From Ginglymostoma cirratum (taxonomy: Eukaryota), in assembly GCA_024137785.1 (NCBI GenBank), contig JAHRHZ010000013.1:49957087-50021086 (forward strand): 64,000 bases of DNA, in the 5' to 3' direction. Each line of letters begins with the position of its first letter. The stretch's first letter is position 1. Both the position numbers and the translations under genes were made by a program. Shown in pieces: positions 1-13,223 of this stretch. The notes under the pieces were generated by a model. It was not told the origin of the DNA and ran no database searches. It saw only the letters and a list, made by a program, of their open reading frames with translations.

Positions 1-66
1 TGCTGAGCTTTTCCAGCAACTTTGTTTTGTTCTTGATTTACAGCATCTGCAGTTCTTTTGGTTTTT
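1..66 (+). mobile_element. 3' tail of a Neptune-type PLE (family of 34180-35442), cut by window edge
   Basis: Nearly identical to about 35379-35445. Confidence 0.85.
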
Positions 67-294
67 GACTTATGTTATTGGGTCAGTTGATGACAGAATT
101 TTGCAGTGTACTGAAACAAGACCTAGTGTCAACTGATAACCACACTTTACCAGTGGCTGTCAAAGTCATCACTGATCTCCACAGTTTTGCCTTTGAATCC
201 TTTTAGGGGTCTGCCACAGACTAATCCAGAATCTCCTTCTCTTAATACATATTCAAGTTAGGTATGTGACTGAGCCTAGCTTCTTTGCTCAGTC

Positions 295-905
295 TTGCAA
301 AGATATCAGATTTCCCATTATTTAAAAAGGAAACGAGACAAACCAACCAGTAACTATAGACCAATTGGCTTTGGTTTTGGGAAAATGTTAAGAGTTTATT
401 GTAAATTATGTAGTTGCAGAGCATTTGAAAATACACAAAATGATCAAGCAGCGTCGGCATGGCTTCATGAGAGGAAAAGGTACCTGAAAAATTGATTAGA
501 ACTTTGAGGAGGTAATATGCAGGATAGATAAATGGTGGTAGTGTTCCCACCCCTGATCTAGGGAGCCCAGATTGAAGTCCAGCCAGTTCCAGAGGTGTGT
601 AATAACATCTATGAAAGGTTAATTAGGAACAAAAAAGATAAAGGGGACGCAGTGAATGTAATACATGTGGAATTTTTAGAAGACATTTGACAAGGGGTAC
701 CACATGTTAGGCTATTTAATAAGATGAGCTTGTGTCGGAAGTAGATTATTAGAATTGATAGGGGTCTGGCTAATTAAGAGAAGACAGAGAGTTGGGAGAA
801 GGGGATCATTTTCAGAATGGCAGCACGTACCTAGTGGTGTGCCACAAGGATCAGAGTTAAGGGCATAATTATTTACGATATATATTAATGACTTTGATGA
901 GGTAA
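295..905 (+). mobile_element. Decayed CR1 LINE reverse-transcriptase fragment
   Basis: Broken frames resembling PLFKK..NYRPI, QHGF, AFDKVPH, SGVPQGS, IYIND. Confidence 0.8.
533..628 (+). mobile_element. tRNA-derived SINE fragment nested in the CR1
   Basis: Degenerate A/B-box-like head (ggtggtagtgttcccacc...gattgaagtcc) interrupting CR1 homology; related head near 31886-31920. Confidence 0.5.
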
Positions 906-909
906 ATTA

Positions 910-1530
910 CAGAATGATAGCAGTGTTATGGCACAGAAAAAGGCTATTCAGGCTACTGTGCCTCTCTGGCTCATTAAATGAGCACAATGCCATAGTGCAT
1001 GATTTTGTTTTTTTTTTGTTTTTTGGGTTTTTTTCACCTTGCAGACCATTTTATCCAAACAACATTCTAATGCATTCTTGATGTGGAGCTGCCAGGGTTG
1101 GACTGGGGCAGACAAATTCAGAAGGTGTCGTGTGACTTCTGACTTAATGTATTCTTGAATATCTTAGTTCACCTTACATGCATCACACTTTCAGGCAGTG
1201 CATCTTGTAGAGTAGCTACTCCGTGAGTTAAAGATCTTTTCCTACTCTTCACTCTTGCTTCTTTTGCAGATCACTTTAAATCCATGCCCTCTTCTTCTTA
1301 TTCCTTTTATGAGTGGAAACAGCTTCTCCTCATCTATTCTTTCCAGCCTGCTCATGATCTTTAAAACCTCTACCAGATCTCATTAGCTTTCTCCTCTCCA
1401 AGGAGAGCAGTCCCAACATCTTTAATCTACCCATATAATTGAAGTTCCCCATCCCAGGAGCCATTATTTTAAGCCACTTTTTCTGCCCTCTCACCAATGC
1501 ATTCACATCTTTCTATAATGTGGCATCACT
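910..1530 (-). mobile_element. Old CR1 3' end fragment
   Basis: Diverged reverse complement of the CR1 ORF2 end and 3' UTR seen at 2714-3300. Confidence 0.65.
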
Positions 1531-1699
1531 GATACTTTAAAAAGTCTGAATGAAGGACACTTTTATTTTGACATGGTGGAAAGTTAGAAATAAATGACGA
1601 TTTTTAAAATGTTGTTCCATATTCATTTGTCATTATGGAGTTCATTAGTTTTGTATAGCGTGTAGAAGGTAAAAGGCATGGAAGTTCCATAACTGAACA

Positions 1700-2178
1700 T
1701 TAAGTGCGGGTTGAAGACCAGAGCTTGGCATTAGGAGCCATGTGGTGTAGATAGAAGGTTGGCTTTTGTGATGGTCTGGGCTGTGCACACCACCATCTGT
1801 AGTTTCTTAAGGTCCTAGGCAGAACAGTTGCCACACCAGGCCATTATGCACCCATACGTTATGCTGTCAATGCTGCATCTGTAGAAGTTGGTGAGGGACC
1901 TTATGGACATGCCAAATTTCCTGAGTCACCTGAGGAAGAAGAGGTATTGTTATGCCTTCTTGACTGTCACATCCACATGGGAAGTCCAGGACAGGTCGTC
2001 GGTTATTGTCACTCTGAGGAACCTGATGCTCTTCACTCTCTCAACCTCAGTTCCATTGATGTAGATGGGGGTGGGTTTTCCTCCTTCCTTTCGGAAGTCG
2101 ATGACCAATTCTTTAGATTTACAGATGTTGAGAAACAGACTGTTTTCTTTACATCACGTCACCGAGCTCTCCATCTCT
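1700..2178 (-). mobile_element. Rex1/Babar-type LINE, RT C-terminal fragment
   Basis: Minus frame LFFLR*LRKFGMSIRSLTNFYRCSIDSITYGCIMAWCGNCSA*DLKKLQ resembles the C-terminal (DUF1891-like) region of Rex1 elements. Confidence 0.75.
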
Positions 2179-2335
2179 GGGGGTGCGGTGCAGGGAAATG
2201 GATGAATGCGTGAGAAATAAAAGTGTTTAGAGTGAAGTTCTAACTTCCATGTCCACGTTCACCACTATTTCTCTCAATTGCACCCACAATTTCCAGTCAA
2301 CAATGTCTGTAGAACATGTTTTTGCAGATTATTAG

Positions 2336-2569
2336 TGAAACAAGTCCACAGAGGCCAGTATCCCGTCATCAAGTTGCCCCTTATTTACACATTGAGAGTC
2401 CTTGATATGATCCAGCTTCCTCAGAGCCAGCTCTCACAGGGAACAGACCCTCTGACACTACTGTTTATATCTGTCAGCCAGGGCTCCATGATTGGTCCAG
2501 ATTAACATCCCCACTCAGGGAATTCATAAGTATGAGGTCCACCTGGTTGACCTTGTTACAATCGCTACA
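2336..2569 (-). mobile_element. Solo LTR (Gypsy-like), 234 bp
   Basis: Minus strand starts TGTAG and ends TTTCA; CCAAT followed by TATAAA; flanks ATTAG/ATTAT resemble a 5-bp TSD with one mismatch. Confidence 0.7.
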
Positions 2570-3938
2570 ATTATAGCAATGAAATATCAAACTTTGGCTA
2601 TTATTCAGATTACTTAAGGCGACATTAATTATCTCAGAGTAAACGGAAAATGTCTATATACACTCATGTGATTGCTGTCTTTTATTCTCTATGCAGGACT
2701 TTGGAGATGACTTCATAGAAACATATAAACATAGAAGATAGGAGCAGGAGAAGGCCATTCAGCCCTTCAAGCCTGCTCTGCCATTCTTCGTGAACATAGC
2801 TGATCATCCAACTCAATAGCCTAATCTTGCTTTCTCCCCATAACCTTTGATCCTATTCACCCCAGATGCTATATCTAGTTGCCTCATGAATACATTCAAT
2901 GTTTTGGCATCAACTACTTCCTTTAGTAATGAATTCCACAGGCTCACTACTCTTTGCATGAAGAAATGTCTCTTCATCTCCGTCCTAAATCATTTCCCCG
3001 AATCCTTATACTGTGACCCCTGGTTCTGGACATACCCACCTTTGGGAACAGCCTCTCTGCATCTACCCTGGTCCAGTCCTTTCAGAATTTTGTAAGTATC
3101 TATGAGATCCCCCCTCATCCATCTAAACTCTAGTGAAAACAATCCCAACCTAGTCAATCTCTCTCATACGTCAGACCCACCATCGCCAGAATCAGCCTGG
3201 TAAACCTTCGCTGCACTCCCTCGAGAGCAAGAGCATCCTTCCTCAAAACAAAAACTGCACACAGTATTCTAGGTGTGACCTCACCAAGGCCCTGTATAAC
3301 TGCAACAACACATCCCTGCTCCTGTACTCGAAACCTCTCGCAATAAAGGCCAGCATACCATTTGCCTTCTTTACCACCTGCTGCACCTGCATGCTTACCT
3401 TCAGCGACTGGTGCACAAGGACATCCAGGTCCCGCTTCACACTCCCCTCCCCCAATTTACAACCATTCAGGTAGCCATCTGCTTTCTTGTTTTTGCTTCC
3501 AAATTGAATAACCTCACATTTATCCAAATTATACTGCATCTGCCATTGATTTGCCCATTCACCCAACCTGTCCAGATCATGCTGAAGGATCTCTGCAACC
3601 TTGTCATATTCACACTCCCACCGACTTGGTGTCATCTGCAAACTTGGAGATGTTCCATTTTGTTCTCTCATCAAAATCATTAATATATATTGTGAATAGC
3701 TGGGGTGCCAGCACTGATCCCAGTAGCACTCCATTAGTTACTGCCTGCCAATTTGAAAAGGACCCATTAATTTCTACTCTTTGTTTCCTCTCTGCCAACC
3801 AGTTTCTTATCCATCTCAATACACTTCCCCCAATCAATAATCTTGTGCATTAATCTCTTATGTGGGTCTTTGTCAAACACTTTCTGAAAGCCCAAATATA
3901 CTACATCGGCTGGCCCCCACTTCAACTCTACTAGTTAC

Positions 3939-4449
3939 TATGGATAGAACCAACGTAATATACAAAATTCCATGCAAGGACTGCGACAAACATTACATTG
4001 GACAGACAGGAAGAAAACTGGCCACAAGAATACATGAACACCAACTAGCAACAAAAAGCCACAACCAATACTCACTTGTCTCCATTCACACACATAAGGA
4101 GAACCACCTGTTCGATTGGGACAACACCAGATCCTAGGACAGGCCAAACAGAGACAAGCACAGGAATTTCAAGAGGCCTGGTTCTCCACCAAGTAGGCCA
4201 TTAACAAACACATAGAACTAGACTCTATATATATACCACTGCGAAGGAAAACCAGAAATGAGGTAATCAAATCCAACAGACCTCAGAGTTTAAATACCAG
4301 GTGAGAAAACACAACAGTGCTTCATCGGACGCTGCATTGATGACATTACCCAGTAGGGTAACGAAATGTCTGCAAACTAACAAACCAGCTCGGCGAGCCA
4401 ACCAACCAGAGTATCCACAACCCGAGCTACAAATCTACTCAAGAGCCTG
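3939..4449 (+). mobile_element. Penelope/Poseidon-type PLE 3' fragment (GIY-YIG endonuclease + terminal repeat) nested in CR1
   Basis: NVIYKIPCKDCDKHYIGQTGRKLATRIHEH is a GIY-YIG motif; CR1 homology resumes at about 4450; AGTTAC/AGTGAC possible TSD. Confidence 0.9.
4333..4374 (+). ncRNA. Minimal type I hammerhead ribozyme motif (C3U, probably inactive)
   Basis: UGCA-uUGAUGA-ca-UUACCC agua GGGUAA-c-GAAA-uguc-UGCA: stems I and II pair; core has one substitution. Confidence 0.75.
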
Positions 4450-5400
4450 AGTGACATCTTCATAGAATTCCAACAGATTTGTCAAGCATGACTTCCCCTT
4501 CATAAATCCATGCTGATTTCCGTCTGATCATGCCATTGCTTTCTTAATGCTCTGCTATAAAATCCTTGACAATGGATTCAAGAATTTTCCCCATTAGCAA
4601 TGTAGGCTCACCAGTCTATAATTCCTTATATTCTCTCAACCTCCCTTTTTGAATATTGGAGTGACATTAGCCACCGTCTAAGCTGCAGGTACTGTTCCAA
4701 AGTCTATAGAATCCTGCAAGATGACCACCAATGCATCCACTATTTCTGGAGGCACTTCCTTGAGTACTCTGGGATGTACATTATCAGGCCCTGGGCATTT
4801 GTCAGCTTTCAATCCTAACAATTTTCCTAACACCATTTCTCTACTAATATTGATCTCCCTCCGTTCTTCCCTCTCACTAAATCTTGCATCCTCTAACAAT
4901 TCTGGTATCTGATTTGTGACCTCTTTGTGAAGACAGAACCAAAGTATATATTCAGTTCCCCAGCCATTTCTCTGTCCCCATTGAAACATTTCCCCGTTTC
5001 AGTCTGTACGGGACCTACATTTGGCTTTACCAGTCCCTATCTCTTCACGTAGAAATTCTTAGCGTCAGTCTTTATGTTCCCTGCAAGCTTAATTTCATAC
5101 TCTATTTTCCCCTTCTTAATCAATCCCTTGGTCCTTTGCTGAATTCTAAACTGGTCCCCATCCTCAGATTTGTTATTTTTCTTGGCCAATCTGTATGCTT
5201 CTTCTATGGATCGGGTACTATCTCTTATTTCCTTTGTAAGCCGTGAATTGGTCTTCTTACCCATTTTGCTTTTGCAACAGACAGGAATAAACAGTTGTTG
5301 CAGTTCCCCCATGTGTTCCTTGAATGTTTGCCATTGCCAATCCACTGTCATCCCTTTAAGTAACTCTCCCCAATCTATCAGGGCCATCACACCTTATACT

Positions 5401-5770
5401 CCCCTCCTCCCACCTCAAGGCCCCCCCCCCTCCCCGTGCGACCAACAACCTCCCCGCCCCCTTGACCTGTCCGTCCTCCCTGGACTGACCTATCTCCTCC
5501 CTACCCCCCCCACCTACACTCACCTTTACTGGCTCCATCCCCGCCTCTTCGACTTGTCTGCCTCCTCTCCACCTATCCTCTCCTCTATCCGCCTCCCTCT
5601 CTCTCCCTATTTATTTCAGAACCCTCTTCCCCTCCCCCATTTCTGATGAAGGGTCTAGGCCCAAAACGTCAAGTTTTCCTGCTCCTATGATGCTGCTTGA
5701 CCTGCTGTGTTCATCCAGCTCCACGCCTTGTTATCTCGGATTCTCCAGCATCTGCAGTACCTTTTATCTC
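5401..5770 (+). mobile_element. Neptune-type PLE 3' end (3' UTR + pLTR), 5'-truncated, nested in CR1
   Basis: TSD TCACACCTTATACT at 5387-5400 and 5771-5784; about 96% identical to the reverse complement of 15721-15860. Confidence 0.92.
5639..5674 (+). ncRNA. Minimal hammerhead motif, G12A variant
   Basis: AUUU-CUGAUGA-a-GGGU cuag GCCC-aAAA-CGUC-AAGU. Confidence 0.7.
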
Positions 5771-7134
5771 TCACACCTTATACTGTTGTAGTTGCCTCTA
5801 TTAAGGTTCAGCACCCTAGTCTCTGAATCAACAACCTCATTCTCCATCTTGTTAAAAAAATTCTTTCATGTTATGGTCATACTTGCCTAAGGAGTCTTGC
5901 ACAGCTAGATTGGCAATGATTCCCTTCTCATTACACAGCACCCAGTCTAAGATGGCCTGCTGCCTAGTTGGGTCCTCCACATATTGGTCAACAAAACCAT
6001 CCGTATACATTCCAGGAATTCCTCCTCTATGGCATTGTGGTTAATTTGATTTGCCCAATCTATGTGCAAATTAAAATCATCCATGATCACCAATAGTCCT
6101 TTATCACATGCATCTCTAATTTCCTGTTTAATGCCATTCTCGAAATCACCACTGCAGTTGGGGGTCTATATATGACATCTACTGATGTTTTTTGCCCCTT
6201 GATATTTCTCAACTCTAGCAATACGGACTCCACATTGTCAGAGCTAATATCCTTTCACACTATTGTGTAAACTTCCTTTTTTAACCAGCAATGCCACTCC
6301 GCCACCTTTCCCTTTTTGTCTGTCCTTCCTAAATACTGAATACCCTGGGACATTCAGTTCCCATTCCTGGTCACCCTGCAGCTATATCTCCATAATTCTT
6401 AGTATATCATAGCCATTTACATCTATTTGCACAATTAGTTCATCTATTATGTTGCAAATGCTCCGTGCATTAAGGCACAAAGCCTTTAAGCTTGTCCTTT
6501 CGCCTCCTCCTTATTTTCTCAATAGCTCTGTTTGAATCTTGTCGATCATTTTTCTTATTGGCTTTTCTACCTTTTGTTTTTGTCCTTGCTGCCTTCTTCT
6601 CTGGCTCTTTACATAGGTTCCTTAGGGTCTTACATAGCCTTACATAGGCTCTTTACATACCCCTGGCATATTAGTTTAAACCCTCCCCAACCGCTCTAGC
6701 AAACACTCCCCCAGAACATCAGTCTCACTCCTGTCCAGGTGTAACCTGTCCAATTTGTAGAGATCCCACCTCCCCCAGAACCGGTCGCAATGCCCCAGGC
6801 ATCTGAAACCGTCCCCCTGACACCATCTTTGCAGCTACATATTTATCCAGTATATCCTGTCATTTCTCCTCCAACTAGCACGTGACACTGATAGTAGTCC
6901 TTAGATCATTACCTTTGAGGTCCGATTTCTTAACTTTCTTCCTAGCTCCCTATAGTCTGCCTTTAGGACCACATCCTTTTTTTTAAACCTATGCCGTTTG
7001 TACCGACGTGTACCACGATCACTGGCTGTTCACCCTCCCCCTTCAGATGTCCTGTAACTACTCCGAGACATCTTTGACCCTATCACCAGGGAAGCAACAC
7101 ACCATCCGGGAGTTTCGTGTCATCAGTGTCATCG

Positions 7135-7150
7135 CCGCCCTCTGCTGGCC
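7135..7150 (-). promoter_or_regulatory. CTCF core motif
   Basis: Minus strand GGCCAGCAGAGGGCGG matches CCASYAGRKGGCRS at every position; motif match only. Confidence 0.5.
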
Positions 7151-7579
7151 CTTCTTCATCACAAAGTCTATGATATCATGTCACTGATGCTTGAGATAGA
7201 CTCATCCAATCTCTCAACAAGCAAGCCATTCAGACTCATTTTGCTGCTGTGCCATCAATGGGGCCGAAGTGCAGCTGAGTAGAACTTGGAGTGGGCTATA
7301 GCCTTCAATGTGGACTGCGTCCTTGATTTCACAATTGGCTTTGCTCAGATAGGAGTTGTAAGTCACTGGGTGAAATCTACCATCATTCACCCAAGAAATT
7401 ACAACGAGCACTGTCACAAGGTCTAAACAAGTAATTTGATTGTGCACCTTCAGAACAGACTCAACTCATCTCAGTAGTTAATGTCATCATGGGAAACTTA
7501 TTTCACCTCTTATATGATGCTCCCACAAGATCAAAAGATATGTGAATACATTAACATGAATCACAGCAACAAATACTGA

Positions 7580-8045
7580 TTCCTGAGATAGCAGGGCTGG
7601 TATATAGAGACTGGATTGGTTCCGACTACATTCACTGGAGTTCAGAGGAATGAGGGGAGCTATCTCATAGAAACCTGTAAAAGTTCAACAGGATTAGACA
7701 GGGCAAATACAGGAAGGACATTCCCGGTGACTGCAGAGTCCAGAACTTAGAGTCATAGCCCAAGGATAAGGGGTAAACCATTTTGGACAGAAACTGGAAG
7801 AAATTTCTTCAACTAGAGAATAGTGAGCTTGTGAATTCTCTGCCACAGAAAGTAGTTGAAGCCAAATCATTGAATATTTTCAAGAAGGAGTTAGATATAT
7901 GGTTATTAGGGCTGAAGGGAACAAAGGGTATGGGGAGGAAATGGGCACAGGGCATTGAGTTGGATAATCAGCCATGGTCATATTAATTAGTTCAGCAGGC
8001 TTGAAGGGCCGAATGGCCTACTCTTGCTCTTATTTTTTACTTTTC
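7580..8045 (+). mobile_element. CR1 3' end fragment
   Basis: ORF2 end (NSLPQKVVEAKSLNIFKKELD) plus 3' UTR gaagggccgaatggcctactcttgctc. Confidence 0.85.
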
Positions 8046-8529
8046 TGTGAATGCTTGAATTCATCACTCGTCAAATATAATCATATTTGAGTGTAGCTGA
8101 CAACAAGCCAACATGGCTGAGTTTTTTTTGTTTGGATGACATTTAAGTCTACCACCACCTATCTGGAAGAACTTCATCTTGCCATTTCTGAGGGCAACGT
8201 TGGCCAGACTCCACAGATTCCACCAGCTCTGCCTCTTCATGTATTGTCTGTTCTCCCTTGTATTCTCTGTTCTCTACATGGAAAACAATATACTTCGGAA
8301 AGAGACAAAAGGCACGTGTTCATCTGAGTACAGCCAGAACATTTTGCGTGTGACTACAAGGGACAGGTATAACCATACATAAAGGTAAATGGGACTGACA
8401 GTGGTGGATGAATAGATAGGGAGACGAGTAAATGCATTGACAAATGCATGCGTGATAAATTGGCATGAGGGGCGATGTGCTTGAAGAAAACAGCATGACA
8501 GGTTGCAGAGATATAAAGATGCAGCTTTC

Positions 8530-8720
8530 CTGCCTTGTATACATTAATAAATTGTCTCTTGTACTGAATCAAGGAACATGGTGCCGTGTTCCTACTGCTG
8601 ACCTCTGGACTACCCCAAGCAAGGCCTTATTTGAGCTAACTGCAAGATTCTCCCTCATGTCATTAGGGAAGATTATCTCCCTTCAGGCTTCCTTCAGCTC
8701 CCAGGAGACTGAGAGTACAT
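8530..8720 (-). mobile_element. Harbinger-derived Myb/SANT gene relic
   Basis: Minus frames give REIIFPND... and EVSSRNTAPCSLIQYKRQFIN, resembling the trihelix Myb/SANT-like domain of Harbinger partner proteins. Confidence 0.55.
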
Positions 8721-9187
8721 GCTAGCTGGGGCAAGTGAAGCAGGGTGCAGCCATTGCCTATGTTGACTTCATAGCAGCAGGCTAGTGTCTCCCCATACTA
8801 ACTCTACCAACCTGGATGCTTTCACTGTTCCTTTAACCAGAAATGAAAATGCACGTCACGATCATGTCTACTGACATTAATTAGGCACAAAGCTGAAAGT
8901 AAAACGATAATTAGGTGGGTCAATTAAAAAGCCATTGTGTTTATGTGCTGATTTCCCATGAGCCACTATATACCACTCTCCCACTTGTTGATATTTACAA
9001 CACCATGGGTTAGAATGGTTGTCTGTAAAGCAGTCTTTGTTATTTTCTTTGGATGCTCCACCCAGGCGATGTAGAAGATGCACTTAGATGAAAACCTACA
9101 AATTTCTTTGTTTAACATAGACTTCTGTGAACTTTAAAACACATTGTATGTTTACCCGGTTTTATATATATATTAAAAAAAACTTAC

Positions 9188-9382
9188 TTTCTGCTCCCTT
9201 TCAGTTTGTTTGTACTTTAGGGTAACAAAATGTAAATCTGCCATTTCAGACTCTGTTTGTCGAGCTTCAATTAACCGGCTGATGTATCGATTCACTCGCG
9301 TTCCTGGAGTGTTGTGCATAACATTTGCAGAAAAAGATGATCGGTTTCTGACTTTTTCAGATGCTGTCCTCAATGCTCTTCT
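9188..9382 (-). CDS. adcy1: adcy1 coding exon (exon 9 equivalent), C1b
   Basis: ttttgtttacaaag|AGA...AAA|gtaagt; 195 nt, phase 0-0; RRALRTASEKVRNRSSFSANVMHNTPGTRVNRYISRLIEARQTESEMADLHFVTLKYKQTEREQK. Confidence 0.96.
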
Positions 9383-10038
9383 CTTTGTAAACAAAAGAAA
9401 ATATTTTAGTTAGTGACAAGTTGAGGCAAGAGCACTCTTCTACAGTTCAATTTTCAAACCATACCATTGCTATTGCCCCAGTGTAGAACCCTATAATCCA
9501 GAGACCAGGATGGGAGATAGAAAATCTTCTTGCTTCCTTTGTTTAGTTGGTCTTGACAGTTTCTTCACTTACTTTAGCAATCAAGTATTCACCAGATAAT
9601 AGCTTCCACTGTATTGGATATGATGCAGCCTTTCTACCTTTACCTGAACTTAGTCAACAGAATGTTACACATTGAACTAAAGCTGACTAGAAGAAGCACA
9701 TCAATTTTAAAGAGTGTAAAACATATAAATGGAGATTTGTCACTGCACATTTTCTGTGTCAGTTATGTCCAGTGAAGAAGAACAATTAAAAAGAAAAGTT
9801 TAAATGTTCATGAATTGTATGTTTTTTGTCCTGGATCACTGCTTTCTATAATGAATATTATGCAGGATCTGTGAAATCTTCATCAACACCATGTCATCTC
9901 AAAGCCATTAAGGCTACATTAATGTTAAATGCAAGGTAATCACTCACATTATCCACCTATTTAATAACATAGGATTGATAACTTTTAGGTGTTAAGCCTT
10001 ATTTAGTCATTGGACTTTGTCTTAAAACTCAAATTCGC

Positions 10039-10324
10039 GGCCAGAATTTTAGGAAGTGTGCGTGTGTTTGTTTGTGTGCGCCTGGAGTGGCAGTGAGGGG
10101 GGCGGGGTTAGATGAGTGCCTGTCCATGTCTCCGCCCCACCAAAGGAAAGTCAGTGGTCAGCTGGTGGAATGATAAAAAGCTCACTGTACAGCTATAACA
10201 TGGTGTGGGTGGGCTGGATTGGTGCATACAGGCCCAGGCTGAATGTCTCAATGGATTGAAAACTAAGGTAGGTCAATGTCATTGGATGGAGAGGGGAGGT
10301 GGCAGTGAGTTTTAAAATCCAGCC
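10039..10324. mobile_element. Putative Harbinger-type MITE
   Basis: Imperfect terminal inverted repeats ggccagaatttta / taaaatccagcc. Confidence 0.35.
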
Positions 10325-12750
10325 ATGAAGGTAGGGTGGGGAGGAACAATTATTTTTTTTTGGGGGGGGGGAGGCAGAGATGCAGTGAGTTCACCCTCAA
10401 CGTTTCGTACGCCTTTTCCTTCCGATTAAAAACATTAATAAAAACAAGCTGCCTACTCAAGCCTGCTTGCCAGCCCACACTGACTGTATTACAGGCAAAT
10501 TCTTGGTGGTTGCTACATCCGATCAGTAAATGTGCTTTCTGCAACAATTTTCTTTATTTAGCAGAACTGGCCAACATCTGCACCTTCTGTGATGGGGGAG
10601 AATGAAGTGATGGAATTCATTCATACTGGGATATCTTTCTCACTGTGGAATCTCTTGCCTTACTAAATTTATTTGGATGTCTTACAAGTTGGTCGAAAGG
10701 TGCTGCAGCACCTTGCTGACATTAATGCACTATATCCTTAAAATTAAAATTTAAAGGATCTTAAAGAAGTACCGACAGTGTTGCTGTGCATGTACTTTAC
10801 ACAGAATATCGGGCATGCTTTCCATACATTGAACAGAGAAAAGGCCATATCAGGGCATTATATCAATGGTCCATTCATGTAATGGACAGGGCATGTATTG
10901 GGAGTTCTGAAGCTATCTGTACACATATGGTTATAAGATTTCTGTTTAATCAAATTTTTAAGCAAACATATGATAGAAGAACTTTAATGTGGCCTTTAAA
11001 ACACATTGCATTATTCAAAGTCCAAAATTCAAATAATCAATTGAAACCCAATTATGGACGAAATGGAGGCACACAGAACAGAAGGATACTAGCACTTACT
11101 GGTGTGCTAGTTTCCTGACACCATTCCCAATACCAGCCATTTTAGGGGAAGTGGATTTAGGGCTCAGTGGTTCCTCAAGGCAGACTACCAATGAGACTGA
11201 CTGAGAGTCAGTCAGTCTGCATCTCCTTTATATGACAGGGAAGCAGTTCAACAATTTGGAGGCTGGTACCCAATGGCAGGCTGCAGTGCCAGCTATTCAG
11301 ACAGGCCTACAGCCGCTTCTTGTCTTCCTTCATCTCAGTCCAGACAAAGACTTTTCTATAAGGAGATTCTCCATCTCTCACACCCTGCAACTCCTAACTT
11401 CAAGAACCTGCCTGGTGTTTTAATTGGTCAAGGAACATGTCACACTGTAGGAAATAGAATGAACAGACATCTTTGAGTGCCATAATAAGTGATCCAACAA
11501 TCCTGATAATAACATTTTTCAGTCATATCTTTTGCTGGATCATTTTACTAAAATAAGGACAGGAAATGATTTTGCATGCAAAAATAACCTTATAAAGAAG
11601 AGAGCTTGATTTTCATGCAAACACATTGTGAACAGAACAATACCACCCACTGATCTTTAACAAATTAAATCATTAGTTTGTTGTATTTATACCTATTATA
11701 AATTTGAAAGTGTGGACTGTCTTGATACTCCTTATTATGTTGTGCAAATTGCTTTTCTGTCTTCTGACAGGCCAATACTTGGAAAGTCCTTGAAATAATG
11801 ATTCAGTAAGCTCATAAGAGCAGTTCAACTCTAAGACTATTATTTTCACATCTATTTTATTGCATTTAGCAATGTAGTCTAAACACAAAAACAGAAATAT
11901 TTTCACGTGTTGTCAGCCATGTCACCCAGATTCAATGTTACACAGCAGGTTGTAAGCATTAATAGTATTGTACAGATTAAGATAATGGCAAAGAGCTGGA
12001 TCAGGTCCAAAAGCAGGCATAGGGATTGTAATCCACGATTAACCTGCATCCATTCATTCTCATAAGGTAACATATAAAATTTAGTGCTGCCTGCTAATTT
12101 AAATAATACTTATGTGCGCTGCCAGGCATATCTCCACTGTATTAGCTCTTTAGGACCTCATATGGTTTAGCATGTACAAAGAGATCCACTTTTCGGTCAA
12201 ACAAGAAATATCTTTTGGAGTAAAACAAGATGTAGTTCATTGTTTCTTCGAATAGACTCTATGTTGCTATAAAGACTATTCGGAGTGTTGTATGATTGTG
12301 CAACCAGCACAGGCAGCTTGCCTTGAGGCCTACTGCTGCCACCAATTCACCTTTCCGTACTGAGTCTAATGGCCTGTTTGGTTAACAGTGGTAGGTAATG
12401 AAATACTCATGAGTTTCACCAAGCAAAGGTAGTTCATTGATTGATACCAAGAGGTACAAGTTACAGAGTTTTAGTAATTATGTGTAATTGGCCAATCAAG
12501 AGCCAGGATTACAAATCTCCCTTCTGGAGCTGAAGTGAGAAATTTTGACTTTTAAGACTCTTGTGGAACTATGGCAGTGTTCCCACCTGTGAACCAGAAG
12601 GTCTATATCCAAGTCCCATCTGGGTCAGTGGTGTCTCAAAAAAAGGGACAAAAAAAATCCTCGATTCTTAGGATTCTTGGGGCTTTGTACCACTTGGTTT
12701 GCACAGTTTATTCAGTTTACAAAACTTTGTTATCACCTGAAGCACAGAGA

Positions 12751-13223
12751 TACATAGAAATATTGAAGCTAGGAGCAGGAGGAGACCATTCAGCCCTCTG
12801 AGCCTGTTCCACCATTCATCATGATCATCGCATATCATCCAATTTAACAGCCTAATCCTGTATTCTCACCATAACCTTTGATCCCATTCACCCCAAATAC
12901 TATATCTAGCCACCTCTTGAAAACTTTCAATGTTATGGCATCAGCTACGTCCTGTGGTAATGAATTCCACAGGCTCAGCACTCTTTGCGTGAAGAAATGT
13001 CTCCTTTATTTCCGTTTGAAGTGGTTTACCCTGGATTCACAGACTGTGACCCCTGGTTCTGGACACACCCACCATCAGGAACATCCTCTCTGCATCTATC
13101 CTGTCCAGTCCTGTTAGAAGTTTATAAGTCTCCATGAGATCCCTCCTCATTCATCTGAACTCTGGTGAAAATAATCTTAACCTAGTCAATCTCTCCTCAT
13201 ACATCAGTCCAGCCATCCCTGGA
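12751..13223 (-). mobile_element. CR1 3' end fragment (same family as 2714-3190)
   Basis: Collinear with 2728-3200. Confidence 0.9.

Larger units (their letters stand above)
2714..7117 (-). mobile_element. CR1 LINE, 5'-truncated (end of ORF1, APE endonuclease, RT, 3' UTR), disrupted, with two nested PLE insertions
   Basis: ORF pieces KFADDTK, LFTIYIND, RSHLEYCVQF, GLKADKCPGPDNVHPRVLKEV; 8-mer tail repeats (catagaaa) at 2714-2735. Confidence 0.93.

Noticed and set aside
1-9187. adcy1 exon 10 (YHQLQDEYF)
   Set aside because: Not found by eye; probably beyond the left edge.
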